Shown here: positions 30,490-39,520 of the stretch, piece after piece | Numbering within the stretch: the stretch's first letter is position 1 | Layout of the letters: the number at the start of each line of letters is the position of its first letter | NCBI GenBank assembly: GCA_024231025.1 | Contig: JAAEQW010000256.1 | Location: 66,954-130,953 of the forward strand | DNA length: 64,000 nucleotides | Origin: Candidatus Omnitrophota bacterium | Lineage (GTDB): Bacteria > Omnitrophota > Gorgyraeia > Duberdicusellales > 4484-171 | Reading direction: 5' to 3' | Notes under the pieces: model-generated | What the model saw: the letters and a program-made list of their open reading frames with translations, nothing else | Database searches by the model: none | What the model was told of the DNA's origin: nothing | Made by a program: the position numbers and the translations under genes

Positions 30490-31062
30490 CTAGTCAATAA
30501 TTCCTTTTAATTCTTTGGCGGTTAAGCAGGCGATGCCCAATTTTTGAGCCCATTTCACGAGGCCGTTGTCTGAAGTTGCGATACAAGCACCCAATTCTTG
30601 TGCCAGAAGGATCAAGTCGAAGTCTTCTTTGCTGTCAATAATGCCTTCTCTTAAAGCGGTGCGAAATTCAACACGGAGACTTTTTATTGTTTCCTGTTCC
30701 TGATCGCTGGAAGCTTTTGTTCCTTTGCGAGTATATTTTTCAGCGATTCTTAAACCTTTATTGATTCGTGCGCGAACCTCTTCAATAAATTCATACACCA
30801 TTAGCGCCGGAACAGATGTTTGGTATGAGGAAGGAGGTTGTTTTTTAATCAATATTGATTTTTTTGCTTCCGGTTCTTTTTTTAAAAAGTTTGATAATTC
30901 TTCCCATATCGAAGGGGGCATATAGCAGTTAATTTCTTGTTTTTGGTGTAACTTGTCCAGAAAAAAGTCTAAAGCATTATCGGTGGTTTTCCCGAAAAAA
31001 TGCCGTGAGTCGGGATTTACAAAAATACTGGTATCAAGAATGATGTGTTTGATTTTTTTCAT
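30490..31062 (-). CDS. RNA-free ribonuclease P (HARP, Aq_880-like PIN protein)
   Basis: ILDTSIF, YMPPSI, RARINKGLRIAE, RTALREGIIDSKEDFD, SDNGLVKWA. Confidence 0.88.
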   Translation of the reverse strand: MKKIKHIILDTSIFVNPDSRHFFGKTTDNALDFFLDKLHQKQEINCYMPPSIWEELSNFLKKEPEAKKSILIKKQPPSSYQTSVPALMVYEFIEEVRARINKGLRIAEKYTRKGTKASSDQEQETIKSLRVEFRTALREGIIDSKEDFDLILLAQELGACIATSDNGLVKWAQKLGIACLTAKELKGIID

Positions 31063-31093
31063 ATGTGTTTTGTTTCTTATGATCTGTGTTGAG

Positions 31094-31269
31094 AATAACC
31101 AAAATATGTTTACAACTAAGAAGAAGCAAAAACCAATTTTCTTGGCACCACTTAAGTCATCCAGCGATGACTTTCGTTGGCGCTTCGGCCTTAAAAATCC
31201 TTCGCTTTACTCAGGATACCATGCTTTTAAGGCCTCAGGGCCTGCCTGGAAAACTGTTTTTACTTCTTG
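31094..31269 (-). ncRNA. 176-nt structured repeat, copy 1 (candidate ncRNA or mobile hairpin element)
   Basis: Second copy at 51085-51260 with compensatory changes in two stems. The repeat is clear; RNA function is unproven. Confidence 0.5.
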
Positions 31270-31381
31270 CCCCCTTGTCTCTTGTCTATGGTCTCTTGTC
31301 TATGGTCTATCCACATTTTGCAACTGACCTATTCTAAAGCATATTTTCTAATAAGGCAATTAAAAAAACAGAAATATTTAA

Positions 31382-31410
31382 TTGACTTTTAAGCTAAAAA
31401 ATTTTACAAT
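31382..31410 (+). promoter_or_regulatory. Sigma70 promoter of the PPIase-Tad operon
   Basis: TTGACT-N17-TACAAT followed by an AAGGAGG RBS. Confidence 0.7.
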
Positions 31411-31436
31411 AGAACCATAATAAAAGGAGGCAATCA

Positions 31437-32351
31437 ATGAAATATTCCATGATTTTTGTGTGTGTTTTTGCGGTTTTTTTCTGTGGCTGTGATGAAATTC
31501 CTTTTCTTTCGAAAAAGGCGCCCAAGCAGCAAGTTGCTGTCTCTCAAAAGGTTGCCAAAGAAGAGGTAAAAATAAAAGGTCCTCTTTTGGCGAGGGTCAA
31601 CAGTTGGGCGATTGGTTTAGATGATTTTGACGGTTACTTAAACAGTTTACGCCCATTGGCCGAAGCACAGGAATTGCCAATTGATAATTACGAATTTAAA
31701 GCGAGGTTGTTAAACGATCTTGTTAAAAATCAGGTATTGGCGCAGATTGCCATCGAGCAAGGGCTGGACAAAGATGAAGATATCGCAAGAGCGATGCGCG
31801 ATTACAAAACCACACTTCTTTCTTCGAAAATAAGAGCTAGCTTAGAAAATACAGTGGTAGTTTCTTATACCGAGTTAGAAGAGTTTTACGAAAAGAATAA
31901 AGCGTTTTTACGGAAGCCTCAAGAAGTAGACGTAAGCGAAATTGCATTAAATAGCGAGTTTGAGGCTAAAGAGGTGTATATTAAAATATTACAAGGTGAA
32001 GAATTCTCTTCTCTAGCACGGCGTTTTTCGGTTCTTGATAGCGCGAAAGATGGGGGAGCTTTAGGATTTTTGACTTATGATCCAGAGATAAAGTTTCAAA
32101 AATTTTGGGAAACCGCCGCAGCGTTAAAAAAAGGCGCTACTTCAAATATTTTCCAGGATGAAGTAGAAGGCAAGTGGTATATTGTTAAACTAAACGATGT
32201 TCGAGGCGGGCAAGAGATTCCTCTTGCTGAAGTTGAAGAAAATTTAAAGGCAGGATTAAAAGCCAATAAAATAGAGGAACAAGTCACCAATATGGCTGAT
32301 TCGTTCAAGGCAAGGGCAAAGGTTGAAATAAACGAGGATTTAATAAACTAA
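31437..32351 (+). CDS. Parvulin/PpiC-type peptidyl-prolyl isomerase lipoprotein
   Basis: FCG-C lipobox; FSSLARRFS..SAKDGGALGF. Confidence 0.85.
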   Translation: MKYSMIFVCVFAVFFCGCDEIPFLSKKAPKQQVAVSQKVAKEEVKIKGPLLARVNSWAIGLDDFDGYLNSLRPLAEAQELPIDNYEFKARLLNDLVKNQVLAQIAIEQGLDKDEDIARAMRDYKTTLLSSKIRASLENTVVVSYTELEEFYEKNKAFLRKPQEVDVSEIALNSEFEAKEVYIKILQGEEFSSLARRFSVLDSAKDGGALGFLTYDPEIKFQKFWETAAALKKGATSNIFQDEVEGKWYIVKLNDVRGGQEIPLAEVEENLKAGLKANKIEEQVTNMADSFKARAKVEINEDLIN

Positions 32352-32360
32352 GGTGGAAAA

Positions 32361-33338
32361 ATGAAAGATAAAATTGTACCGTTGGCGATCGGCATAATTC
32401 TTGCGGCAGTTGCCACATTTATGATTAAGTCATATTTGGATGAGCAAAAAAAAGAAATGATTCAGCAAACTCGCGAAACAGTGATCAGCATGCGCGAAAA
32501 TCAGTCTGCCGTGTTTGTTGCAAGGAGGGATATCCGCAAAGGCGTTCCCATTCAGGCTAGTTTAGTGGATACGGCAGTGCTTGATAAACGCAACGTTAAT
32601 CCAAAAGCAGTAAGGTATTTTAGTGAAATTGAGAATAAGTCAACAGCAAAAGCTATTCGTGCGGGTGAGCAAATCACAACCGATGCCCTAAGAACTACTC
32701 GCATAGAAGCCGGTGGTCCTGGTGGCGGTCCGGTTACTTTTTCGATGGTTATTCCCGAAGGCAAGCGGGCGGTTTCGGTTTCGGTTGATAACGTTGCTTC
32801 AATTGTGCATATGATGCGTCCCGGGGATCACGTTGACGTTTTTGCGATAATCGCTTTTCCTCTGCCGGGGCAGCAAGGCAAACAACTTATGAATATTCCT
32901 CTTTTTCAGGATGTGGAGGTTTTGGCAGTGGGCGACCAGTTTAGTGAATCCAAATTAGCCAAGGTTGGGTCAAGCATAAAAAAGCTAGTTAACGAGAAAA
33001 AGAAAGATGAAAAGAAAAAGAAAGCAGCTAATAACCCAGCGATTACCCTTGCCTTAGATCCTCAAGAGGCCAACATAATTTCTTTCGTTCAAGAAGAAGG
33101 CAAAGTAAGACTTGCTTTACGTTCGCCAAACGATACTAGTAAAGTTAATTACAGAGCGCAAGTTGCTCAACAGCAGGTGGCACCATTAGTTACTACGCAG
33201 TCGTTTTTTCAGTATTTAGCGGCTAATGGATTAGTTACTCTTCCTAAACCAAAACCAACAGCGCCACCAAAACCCAAAGGTCCTCAGGTCGAAATATATC
33301 GCGGCCAGGAGAAGGAGGTTAAAACACTTAGAAAATGA
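32361..33338 (+). CDS. cpaB: Tad pilus assembly protein CpaB/RcpC
   Basis: SAF domain VARRDIRKG; IPEGKRAVSV, PGDHVDV, VEVLAVG, LALRS. Confidence 0.9.
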   Translation: MKDKIVPLAIGIILAAVATFMIKSYLDEQKKEMIQQTRETVISMRENQSAVFVARRDIRKGVPIQASLVDTAVLDKRNVNPKAVRYFSEIENKSTAKAIRAGEQITTDALRTTRIEAGGPGGGPVTFSMVIPEGKRAVSVSVDNVASIVHMMRPGDHVDVFAIIAFPLPGQQGKQLMNIPLFQDVEVLAVGDQFSESKLAKVGSSIKKLVNEKKKDEKKKKAANNPAITLALDPQEANIISFVQEEGKVRLALRSPNDTSKVNYRAQVAQQQVAPLVTTQSFFQYLAANGLVTLPKPKPTAPPKPKGPQVEIYRGQEKEVKTLRK

Positions 33339-34915
33339 GAAAAAAAACTATAATTACTCTTGGTATTATCGGATGTTTGCTTGGTGGTGTCTTAGGCCAT
33401 TCTCAGGATTTTATTGAAGAGATCACCCTAATTTCCGGAGAAACTGTTTCAGTACCGGTTTATTCCCCTAAGAAGGTGGGGGTTGCCGATCCTAATATTG
33501 CCGATATCGTAACCACAAGTGATAGGGAAGTTGTTTTAATCGGCAAAATGAAAGGAAGAACAAGCTTTTTTGTGAATGACAGCACCGGTGATTACACCTA
33601 TAAGGTGCAGGTTATTCCTGAAGATATGGATCATTTACTCAAACGTGTGCGCAGTATCCTTAAGGACATGAGCTTAAAGGACGTAAAAGTAAAACCAGTT
33701 GCCGACCAGGGTAAAGTTTTACTTATTGGAAGCGTGCGCACCGTAGAAGACAAAGAGCTTTTAGAGGTTGGTTTGGGGGAATTATTTCCTAAAGTAACCG
33801 ACTTGGTAAAGATCGAAGAAGCGGCTCTTGTTGAAATTTTAGTTGAAGTGTTAGAGATGAGCACCGGCGCAACCAAAGAACTTGGTTTTGTTCCGCCGCG
33901 AACGGTTACTTTTGCTGAAGCCGCCGTTCCTCCTGCTGGGATTTCAGCAACAAGTTTGGTAAGAATTGCTCCGCTGCAGCGTTCTGATGTATACAGTTGG
34001 AAGTGGGACATGCTCGAAAGCGAAGGAAAAGTAAAGGTTCTTTCACGTCCGCGGGTGATATGCCAGAGCGGTAAAGAAGCAGAAATTTTAGTTGGCGGCG
34101 AAGTGCCGATATTTACAACTTCGGTTGCTAGTGCCGGCGGAGAAGGAACAACAGTTGAATATAAGGAATACGGCATAAAGCTAAAGATCAATCCTACCGT
34201 AACCGCGACCGAAAGAGTTGAGTTGGGCTTGAAAATTGAGATAAGCGAACTAGGTGAGGCCGAATACATTGGTACAGCGCTTGACCCTACCGCCAGAGCT
34301 TATCCGATTAAAAAGAGAGATATCTCTACATCACTTCATCTTACCGATGGTTCGACTCTTGCTATTGGTGGGTTGATAAGACAAAAAACAAGCGAAGATT
34401 TAATCAAATTTCCTTGGTTATCTGAAGTCCCTGTTTTGGGTGCTTTTTTTCGTCATAAGAAAAGCGAAAGCGGTGAAGGTTCAACTGCAAAAGGCGACAC
34501 TGAACTTTACATAACCATTACGCCGAAGGTTGTTTACACTGCTGATCCTAAAAGCCTAGAAGAGAAGCGTGTGATCGCCCAAGAAGAAAAGTTTATTGAT
34601 AAGTACAAAAAGTCGGACATTCCCGAAGAGCTGCAAAATTATATTTTAGAAATTCAAAGAATGATTCTAGCTAATATTAGCTATCCTTCGGTGCTTGTTG
34701 GTACCGGATGGGAAGGCAATATTGCCTTAAGACTTACAATTGTAGAAACCGGAGAACTAAAAGAGGTGCAGGTTCTTAAAGCTTCAGGCTATAAGATTTT
34801 TGACGAGCAAGCCTTAAAGCTCGTTAACTCTTTAAAGTATGCTCCGTTTCCTTTTGATAAGCCGTTAGAAGAATTAAAAATTGATGTACCGATAGTTTAT
34901 CGCGAAGGAAATTAA
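33335..34915 (+). CDS. cpaC: Tad secretin CpaC/RcpA with a C-terminal TonB_C domain
   Basis: VADPNIAD N-domain; SGKEAEILVGGEVP, EYKEYGIKL, PWLSEVPVLGAFF; tail YP...GWEG...SGYKIFDEQAL...PFP...VPIVY. Confidence 0.85.
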   Translation: MRKKTIITLGIIGCLLGGVLGHSQDFIEEITLISGETVSVPVYSPKKVGVADPNIADIVTTSDREVVLIGKMKGRTSFFVNDSTGDYTYKVQVIPEDMDHLLKRVRSILKDMSLKDVKVKPVADQGKVLLIGSVRTVEDKELLEVGLGELFPKVTDLVKIEEAALVEILVEVLEMSTGATKELGFVPPRTVTFAEAAVPPAGISATSLVRIAPLQRSDVYSWKWDMLESEGKVKVLSRPRVICQSGKEAEILVGGEVPIFTTSVASAGGEGTTVEYKEYGIKLKINPTVTATERVELGLKIEISELGEAEYIGTALDPTARAYPIKKRDISTSLHLTDGSTLAIGGLIRQKTSEDLIKFPWLSEVPVLGAFFRHKKSESGEGSTAKGDTELYITITPKVVYTADPKSLEEKRVIAQEEKFIDKYKKSDIPEELQNYILEIQRMILANISYPSVLVGTGWEGNIALRLTIVETGELKEVQVLKASGYKIFDEQALKLVNSLKYAPFPFDKPLEELKIDVPIVYREGN

Positions 34916-37056
34916 TGGCTCAAACCATTGTTTTGTTTAGTACCAAGGGAGGAACAGGTAAAACCCTGATTTCTGCCAATCTTGCCTTTAGCCTCGCTAA
35001 GCTTAAGAAAAAAGTTTTACTCATTGATGGCGATTTAGATGTTGTTGGCAATATGGCCTGGATGCTTAATGTCTCTCCAAACAGGTCTATGGCCGATGTT
35101 ATGTATCTTTTGAAAAGAAAGAAGGTGTTTGATATTGGCGAATATATCACAAAAAAATATCAAAATGTTCACTTTCTTCCCTGCATTCTTAAGCCTCAGC
35201 AAAGTTCGCATTTTGATCCCGATTTGATAAGAGAAGTTATTGAGCCGTTACGTGAAAATTATGACTACATAATTATTGATGGCGGAAAGGCTTTTAGTGA
35301 AAGTTTGATCAGATTTTTTGACGAAGCAAATCTATTTTCATTAATTGTTACACCGGATGTTATTTCGGTTTATCAAACCAAATGGGCATTGGATACATTA
35401 CAATCTTTGTATTTTCCTCTTAAAATGTTGAAAATTGTTCTAAACCGTGCCGAATCGCTTGCGAGCATAAGCTTGCAGGAGATAAAATTAGTTTTTCCTT
35501 GTGAAGTAATCGCTAAAGTTCCTTCCGAAGGTAAAACAGCGATGCTTTCGGTTAACAAGAAAGTTCTTCTAGTAAATGAATTTCCCTTTAGTAAGATAGC
35601 AGCTTCAATAAAGCAATTTGCTAAAGATTTAGTTGATCGATCAGATATTTTTCTTCAGCGTAAAGAGATAAAAACGATTAAAGGCGAATTCGCAAAGAAA
35701 AAAGATCTTTGGGAAAAGCAAGGCCTGAAAGGAAATTTGGAATCCGAACTCAAAGAAGACCAAGAGTATGACGAAATCTCAATGCTAAAGCAAAAAATCC
35801 ATCAAAAGTTAATTGAAAATCTTAATTTGAAAAAAATGGATTATGAGAGTTTTTCTGAAATCGGAAAAGCTAAAGAAATAAGAAAACGCGCCGAACGCCT
35901 TATTGGCGAATTTTTAGCCGGCGAAACACATTCTTTAATTGGCTCGGTCGAAACCAGAAAAAAGCTTACTCTTGAAATTATTGACGAAGCGCTAGGCTAT
36001 GGTCCGTTAGAAGATCTTCTAAAGAACCAAGACATAACTGATATTATGGTAAACAATAAAGATGAAATTTACATTGAAGAAAGAGGCAAATTACAGCTTA
36101 CCAGTAAAAGATTTGTTTCTAACGAACAGGTAAAAACAGTAATCGAACGAATTATAGCTCCGATTGGCCGGCGGATTGATGAAAGTTCTCCTTACGTTGA
36201 CGCGCGTCTTCCTGATGGATCGCGGGTTAACGCGATAATCTCTCCATTAGTTTTAACTGGTCCGACATTGACGATAAGAAAATTTAGAAAAGAGCGCTTT
36301 AAACTAAAAGAACTTATTGAATATGAAGCGTTAAGCGAAGACATGGGCAAATTTATTGAGGCGTGTGTTTTAGCACGAAAGAATATAATTGTTTCCGGTG
36401 GTACCGGAAGCGGCAAGACGACAGTGTTAAATATTTTGTCTTCTTTTATCCCTGACGATGAACGTATCATAACCATTGAAGATGCCGCAGAACTTAAGCT
36501 TGATCAGCGTCACTGGGTAAGACTCGAATCACGTCCGCCTAATATAGAAGGTAAGGGGGCAATCGCTATTCGGGATCTTTTTAAGAACACCTTACGAATG
36601 CGTCCGGATAGAATCATTGTTGGTGAGTGCCGCGGGGTTGAATCGTTAGACATGTTACAAGCAATGAATACCGGCCATGACGGCTCAATGACAACAATCC
36701 ATGCTAATTCTACCCATGATATTTTAACTCGTCTTGATTCAATGATTCTAATGAGTGGAGTGGAGTTGCCGCTGCGTGCGATACGTGAAATGATCGCTTC
36801 AGCAATTCACATCATTGTGCATACTCAGCGCCTAAGCGATGGAAGCCGAAAAGTTGTTCAGGTTACCGAATTAACAGAGCTTGACGATGATATGCATATA
36901 AGTCTTAAAGATGTATTCAAATTTAATCAAACCGGCCTTGGCGAAAATGGTGAAGTGCAGGGCTACTTTGGTCCTACCGGATATATTCCTTCCTTTTATG
37001 ATGAAATAAAGGTGAGGGGGATACCTCTTCTTGAAGAAATTTTCAAGCCTAAATGA
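34915..37056 (+). CDS. cpaF: Fused TadZ/CpaE (MinD-like) and TadA/CpaF pilus ATPase
   Basis: N-terminal KGGTGKT; C-terminal DARLPDGSRVN, GGTGSGKTT, LRMRPDRIIVGECRG, AMNTGHDG. Confidence 0.92.
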   Translation: MAQTIVLFSTKGGTGKTLISANLAFSLAKLKKKVLLIDGDLDVVGNMAWMLNVSPNRSMADVMYLLKRKKVFDIGEYITKKYQNVHFLPCILKPQQSSHFDPDLIREVIEPLRENYDYIIIDGGKAFSESLIRFFDEANLFSLIVTPDVISVYQTKWALDTLQSLYFPLKMLKIVLNRAESLASISLQEIKLVFPCEVIAKVPSEGKTAMLSVNKKVLLVNEFPFSKIAASIKQFAKDLVDRSDIFLQRKEIKTIKGEFAKKKDLWEKQGLKGNLESELKEDQEYDEISMLKQKIHQKLIENLNLKKMDYESFSEIGKAKEIRKRAERLIGEFLAGETHSLIGSVETRKKLTLEIIDEALGYGPLEDLLKNQDITDIMVNNKDEIYIEERGKLQLTSKRFVSNEQVKTVIERIIAPIGRRIDESSPYVDARLPDGSRVNAIISPLVLTGPTLTIRKFRKERFKLKELIEYEALSEDMGKFIEACVLARKNIIVSGGTGSGKTTVLNILSSFIPDDERIITIEDAAELKLDQRHWVRLESRPPNIEGKGAIAIRDLFKNTLRMRPDRIIVGECRGVESLDMLQAMNTGHDGSMTTIHANSTHDILTRLDSMILMSGVELPLRAIREMIASAIHIIVHTQRLSDGSRKVVQVTELTELDDDMHISLKDVFKFNQTGLGENGEVQGYFGPTGYIPSFYDEIKVRGIPLLEEIFKPK

Positions 37057-37086
37057 AATTAAATAATTGGAGACAAACAGCTATCT

Positions 37087-37207
37087 AACTAAAAATGTAA
37101 AACGCAAAGCGTAAAATCATAATTCAAAACTAAAAACTTATTCCGAATAGAGAATTTGTTTAATTTTGGATTTTAAGTTATGGTTTTGCATTTTTCGTTT
37201 TTAGTTG
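37087..37207. repeat. Long imperfect hairpin element (family A)
   Basis: AACTAAAAATG...CATAATTCAAAA arm pairs with TTTTAAGTTATG...TTTTTAGTT. Confidence 0.7.
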
Positions 37208-37223
37208 TAGAAACCATGGATTA

Positions 37224-38645
37224 TTGATGCATCGACAAAAAGCGAAATTAAAAAATTTAATTTTAAAATCTTTTAAAAAGAATCCTTATTTTGGTGTACG
37301 TAAGATCGCCAAAGATTTAAAAGAGAAACACAATATCTTTGTTTCAAAAAGCTATGTTCACAAAATTCTAACCCAACAAGAGCCCGATGCGCAAACCGGC
37401 TGTAAAAAAAGTATTCTCGCCTATAAGAAAAAACACCTTGATGACTGCGGAGCGTTTTTGTTGCGGGCGATAGATTCGCACCTGGGATTATTCAACAATC
37501 TAACTAGCCTATTGCAGCCACATTTTCCTAAGTTGCAAGCGAAACTCCTTAAGAAAATTATTGTTTTCTTTTCACTTTCTTCATTTTTAGGATACGACCT
37601 AAACCAGGCATCAGAAGAAAAAAGCCTGCTTAGGGCCGCGGATTTATATGTTTATCCAGCTCGAAATATAAAATACTTCCTAGATCAGTTGAATGATTGC
37701 AAGCCGACGATCAGCCTTGACAATTTTGCTAAAAGCTTAGTTTCGGTGGCAAGCGTGAAATTTTCTTTTGTAAATGGCACAAAAAGCTATTGTGATGGGA
37801 GTTTTTCTTGTTTTTGGGGTAAACCTGCATTTATTGATGAATTTTTTGTTCCTTATAGTTTGGCACAAAAGAGAGTAAAGGCGATAATAAAGAATAAAAT
37901 CATCATGATCAACTATACTAAGAGTTTTGACTATCTTTCGTCGTTAACCACGAGTTTTATTGATGGTTTAGCAAGCGGAATAAAAACAATCGAACTTCTC
38001 GACAAAAAAGGTAATGTTTTGGAGGAATTTACTCCACCTCCGGTGAAAATGTCTTTTTTGATTGGATATTACCCCCAAATTCTCTCTAAAGGGGTGGTTT
38101 TTTTGCGTAAATCAGCCCGTTTTAAGAAATTTGACGCAATAGATGGCGATATCCACTATATTTCGGCCCTGGCTAGATTTTTACAACCAAAAGGGAGCAA
38201 AGGGCTTATATTAAATAGTGTACTTATTAACCGAAAACGTCAAAGTTTGCCTTCGTGGGGACTGCTTACCGATAAGCGGTCAAATTTCACTCTTTTTTTA
38301 AAAAGGTATCTTAATTCTTGGCCGTATATGGATAAGGTTTTTAAGGAGGAGATGGAGTTAGTTGAGAAGTTTTACACGCAAAGCAATAAAACAAAGGAGT
38401 TGGGCGATTTTGTGCCCGAGCACGTAGTTTTGAGTAAATTTGACGATTTCAAGGGAATTGGCGCTATTTTGGCGGCTGTTTTCAGGGATCGAGTGGCTCG
38501 GGTTGAATTGAGGGGCAAAAAGGGCCAAGTTGCCACCGGTAAAGATTATTTGCGAATTAAACTCTTAAGATTCTCTCCGGCATTTAAGAGGAAGTTCAAC
38601 AAATTCTCATTCTCAATTGATAAGCGCAATGTTTTCCTCATCTAG
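37224..38645 (+). CDS. Hypothetical protein with an N-terminal transposase-like HTH
   Basis: NPYFGVRKIAKDLKEKHNIFVSKSYVHKIL; no catalytic DDE triad recognised. Confidence 0.6.
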   Translation: MMHRQKAKLKNLILKSFKKNPYFGVRKIAKDLKEKHNIFVSKSYVHKILTQQEPDAQTGCKKSILAYKKKHLDDCGAFLLRAIDSHLGLFNNLTSLLQPHFPKLQAKLLKKIIVFFSLSSFLGYDLNQASEEKSLLRAADLYVYPARNIKYFLDQLNDCKPTISLDNFAKSLVSVASVKFSFVNGTKSYCDGSFSCFWGKPAFIDEFFVPYSLAQKRVKAIIKNKIIMINYTKSFDYLSSLTTSFIDGLASGIKTIELLDKKGNVLEEFTPPPVKMSFLIGYYPQILSKGVVFLRKSARFKKFDAIDGDIHYISALARFLQPKGSKGLILNSVLINRKRQSLPSWGLLTDKRSNFTLFLKRYLNSWPYMDKVFKEEMELVEKFYTQSNKTKELGDFVPEHVVLSKFDDFKGIGAILAAVFRDRVARVELRGKKGQVATGKDYLRIKLLRFSPAFKRKFNKFSFSIDKRNVFLI

Positions 38646-38743
38646 AAACTGTTGCGTTTTTCAACAGTTTCTGATTACGGAGATTGGAGAAAGATTACAA
38701 CGATTAGAAACATTGGTAAATGGTGATTAGGATCAATAAATTG

Positions 38744-38876
38744 GCTAAAAACGAAAAACTAAGAACGTAGAGCCATAATTCAAAATTGTTCCGGAAACAT
38801 TACAATTTATTACATTTTCAGTAATTTTTAATTTCACGCTATGGCTTTGCGTTTTGCGCTTTTAGCTTTGCGCTAA
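38744..38876. repeat. Long imperfect hairpin element (family A)
   Basis: GCTAAAAACG...GCCATAATTCAAAA arm pairs with CGCTATGGCTTTGCG...TTTTAGC. Confidence 0.7.
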
Positions 38877-38959
38877 CGTGATATTTTCAATTGTACAAGA
38901 ATTATAAAAATATCCGCTGAAAACGTTTACAATTTAGGTGTGTTTTTTTGAATTTCGCC

Positions 38960-38989
38960 TTGCTTTTGCTTAAGAGTATATGGTATATT
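38960..38989 (+). promoter_or_regulatory. Putative promoter of the riboswitch-pilin array
   Basis: TTGCTT-N18-TATATT with an extended -10 TG. Confidence 0.5.
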
Positions 38990-39017
38990 GAAATGGTACC
39001 GAGATTAAGAAATGGGG

Positions 39018-39116
39018 GGCGGCGAAAAGGCAATCTTAAACTCGCCCTAGAGTTTAAGCGCGCAAAGCCACGGGTCCTATAAGGGCAAAAGATCAGGACG
39101 GCCGGGCTACCGAAGG
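39018..39116 (+). ncRNA. c-di-GMP-I (GEMM) riboswitch, structural variant
   Basis: CGAAAAGGCAA..., GCGCAAAGCCACGGGTCC, GGACGGCCGGGCTACCGAA; P2 loop is GCCCTA instead of GNRA. Confidence 0.82.
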
Positions 39117-39146
39117 TCTCTTAGAGGCGAGGTGGGCCGGTTTTTG
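39101..39146 (+). terminator. Intrinsic terminator overlapping the aptamer 3' strand
   Basis: GCCGGGCTACC pairs with GGTGGGCCGGT (one mismatch), followed by a T run. Confidence 0.7.
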
Positions 39147-39162
39147 TATTATAGAGGTAATT

Positions 39163-39339
39163 ATGTTAATAAGGCGCAAAAAATTGTGTGCACAAACAGT
39201 TCTTGAGTATATTCTCTTGACGGCGGCGGCAGTAATTGCCATTGCGGGGTTCGGAAAGTTTTTTAATATAATTGTAGGAGATTCCGGTGCATTAACCCGG
39301 CATTTTAATGTGATGAAGCAAAGTATAACCGGACAATAA
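39163..39339 (+). CDS. Flp-like prepilin 1 (58 aa, not in the ORF track)
   Basis: MLIRRKKLCA-QTVLEYILLTAAAVIAI...; GAGG RBS. Confidence 0.8.
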   Translation: MLIRRKKLCAQTVLEYILLTAAAVIAIAGFGKFFNIIVGDSGALTRHFNVMKQSITGQ

Positions 39340-39342
39340 AGT

Positions 39343-39498
39343 ATGAAGCGCAGAACAAAAACTCAAAGCATCGTTGAATACGTAATGCTGTTTATGATTG
39401 TGTCAGCAGCAATTATGATGACTTATAAATACCTGAACCGCTCGATGAACGCTCGCTTAAAACAGGTTCAGGAAGAATTAGAATACGAAGCATACTAA
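39343..39498 (+). CDS. Flp-like prepilin 2 (51 aa, not in the ORF track)
   Basis: MKRRTKT-QSIVEYVMLFMIVSAAIMM... Confidence 0.8.
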   Translation: MKRRTKTQSIVEYVMLFMIVSAAIMMTYKYLNRSMNARLKQVQEELEYEAY

Positions 39499-39520
39499 TG
39501 ATTTTTTAACAGGGAGGTAT

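Noticed and set aside
31094-31269. Structured repeat as a hammerhead ribozyme
   Set aside because: It has CUGAG...CGAAG on the minus strand but lacks the CUGANGA and GAAA core.
30953-31337. ORFs 30953-31327 and 31086-31337
   Set aside because: They overlap HARP antisense and the structured repeat, and the second repeat copy has no matching ORF in the track.
24083-34269. Long antisense ORFs such as 24083-24682, 29319-29810 and 33631-34269
   Set aside because: They are shadows of well-supported genes on the opposite strand and have no motifs of their own.
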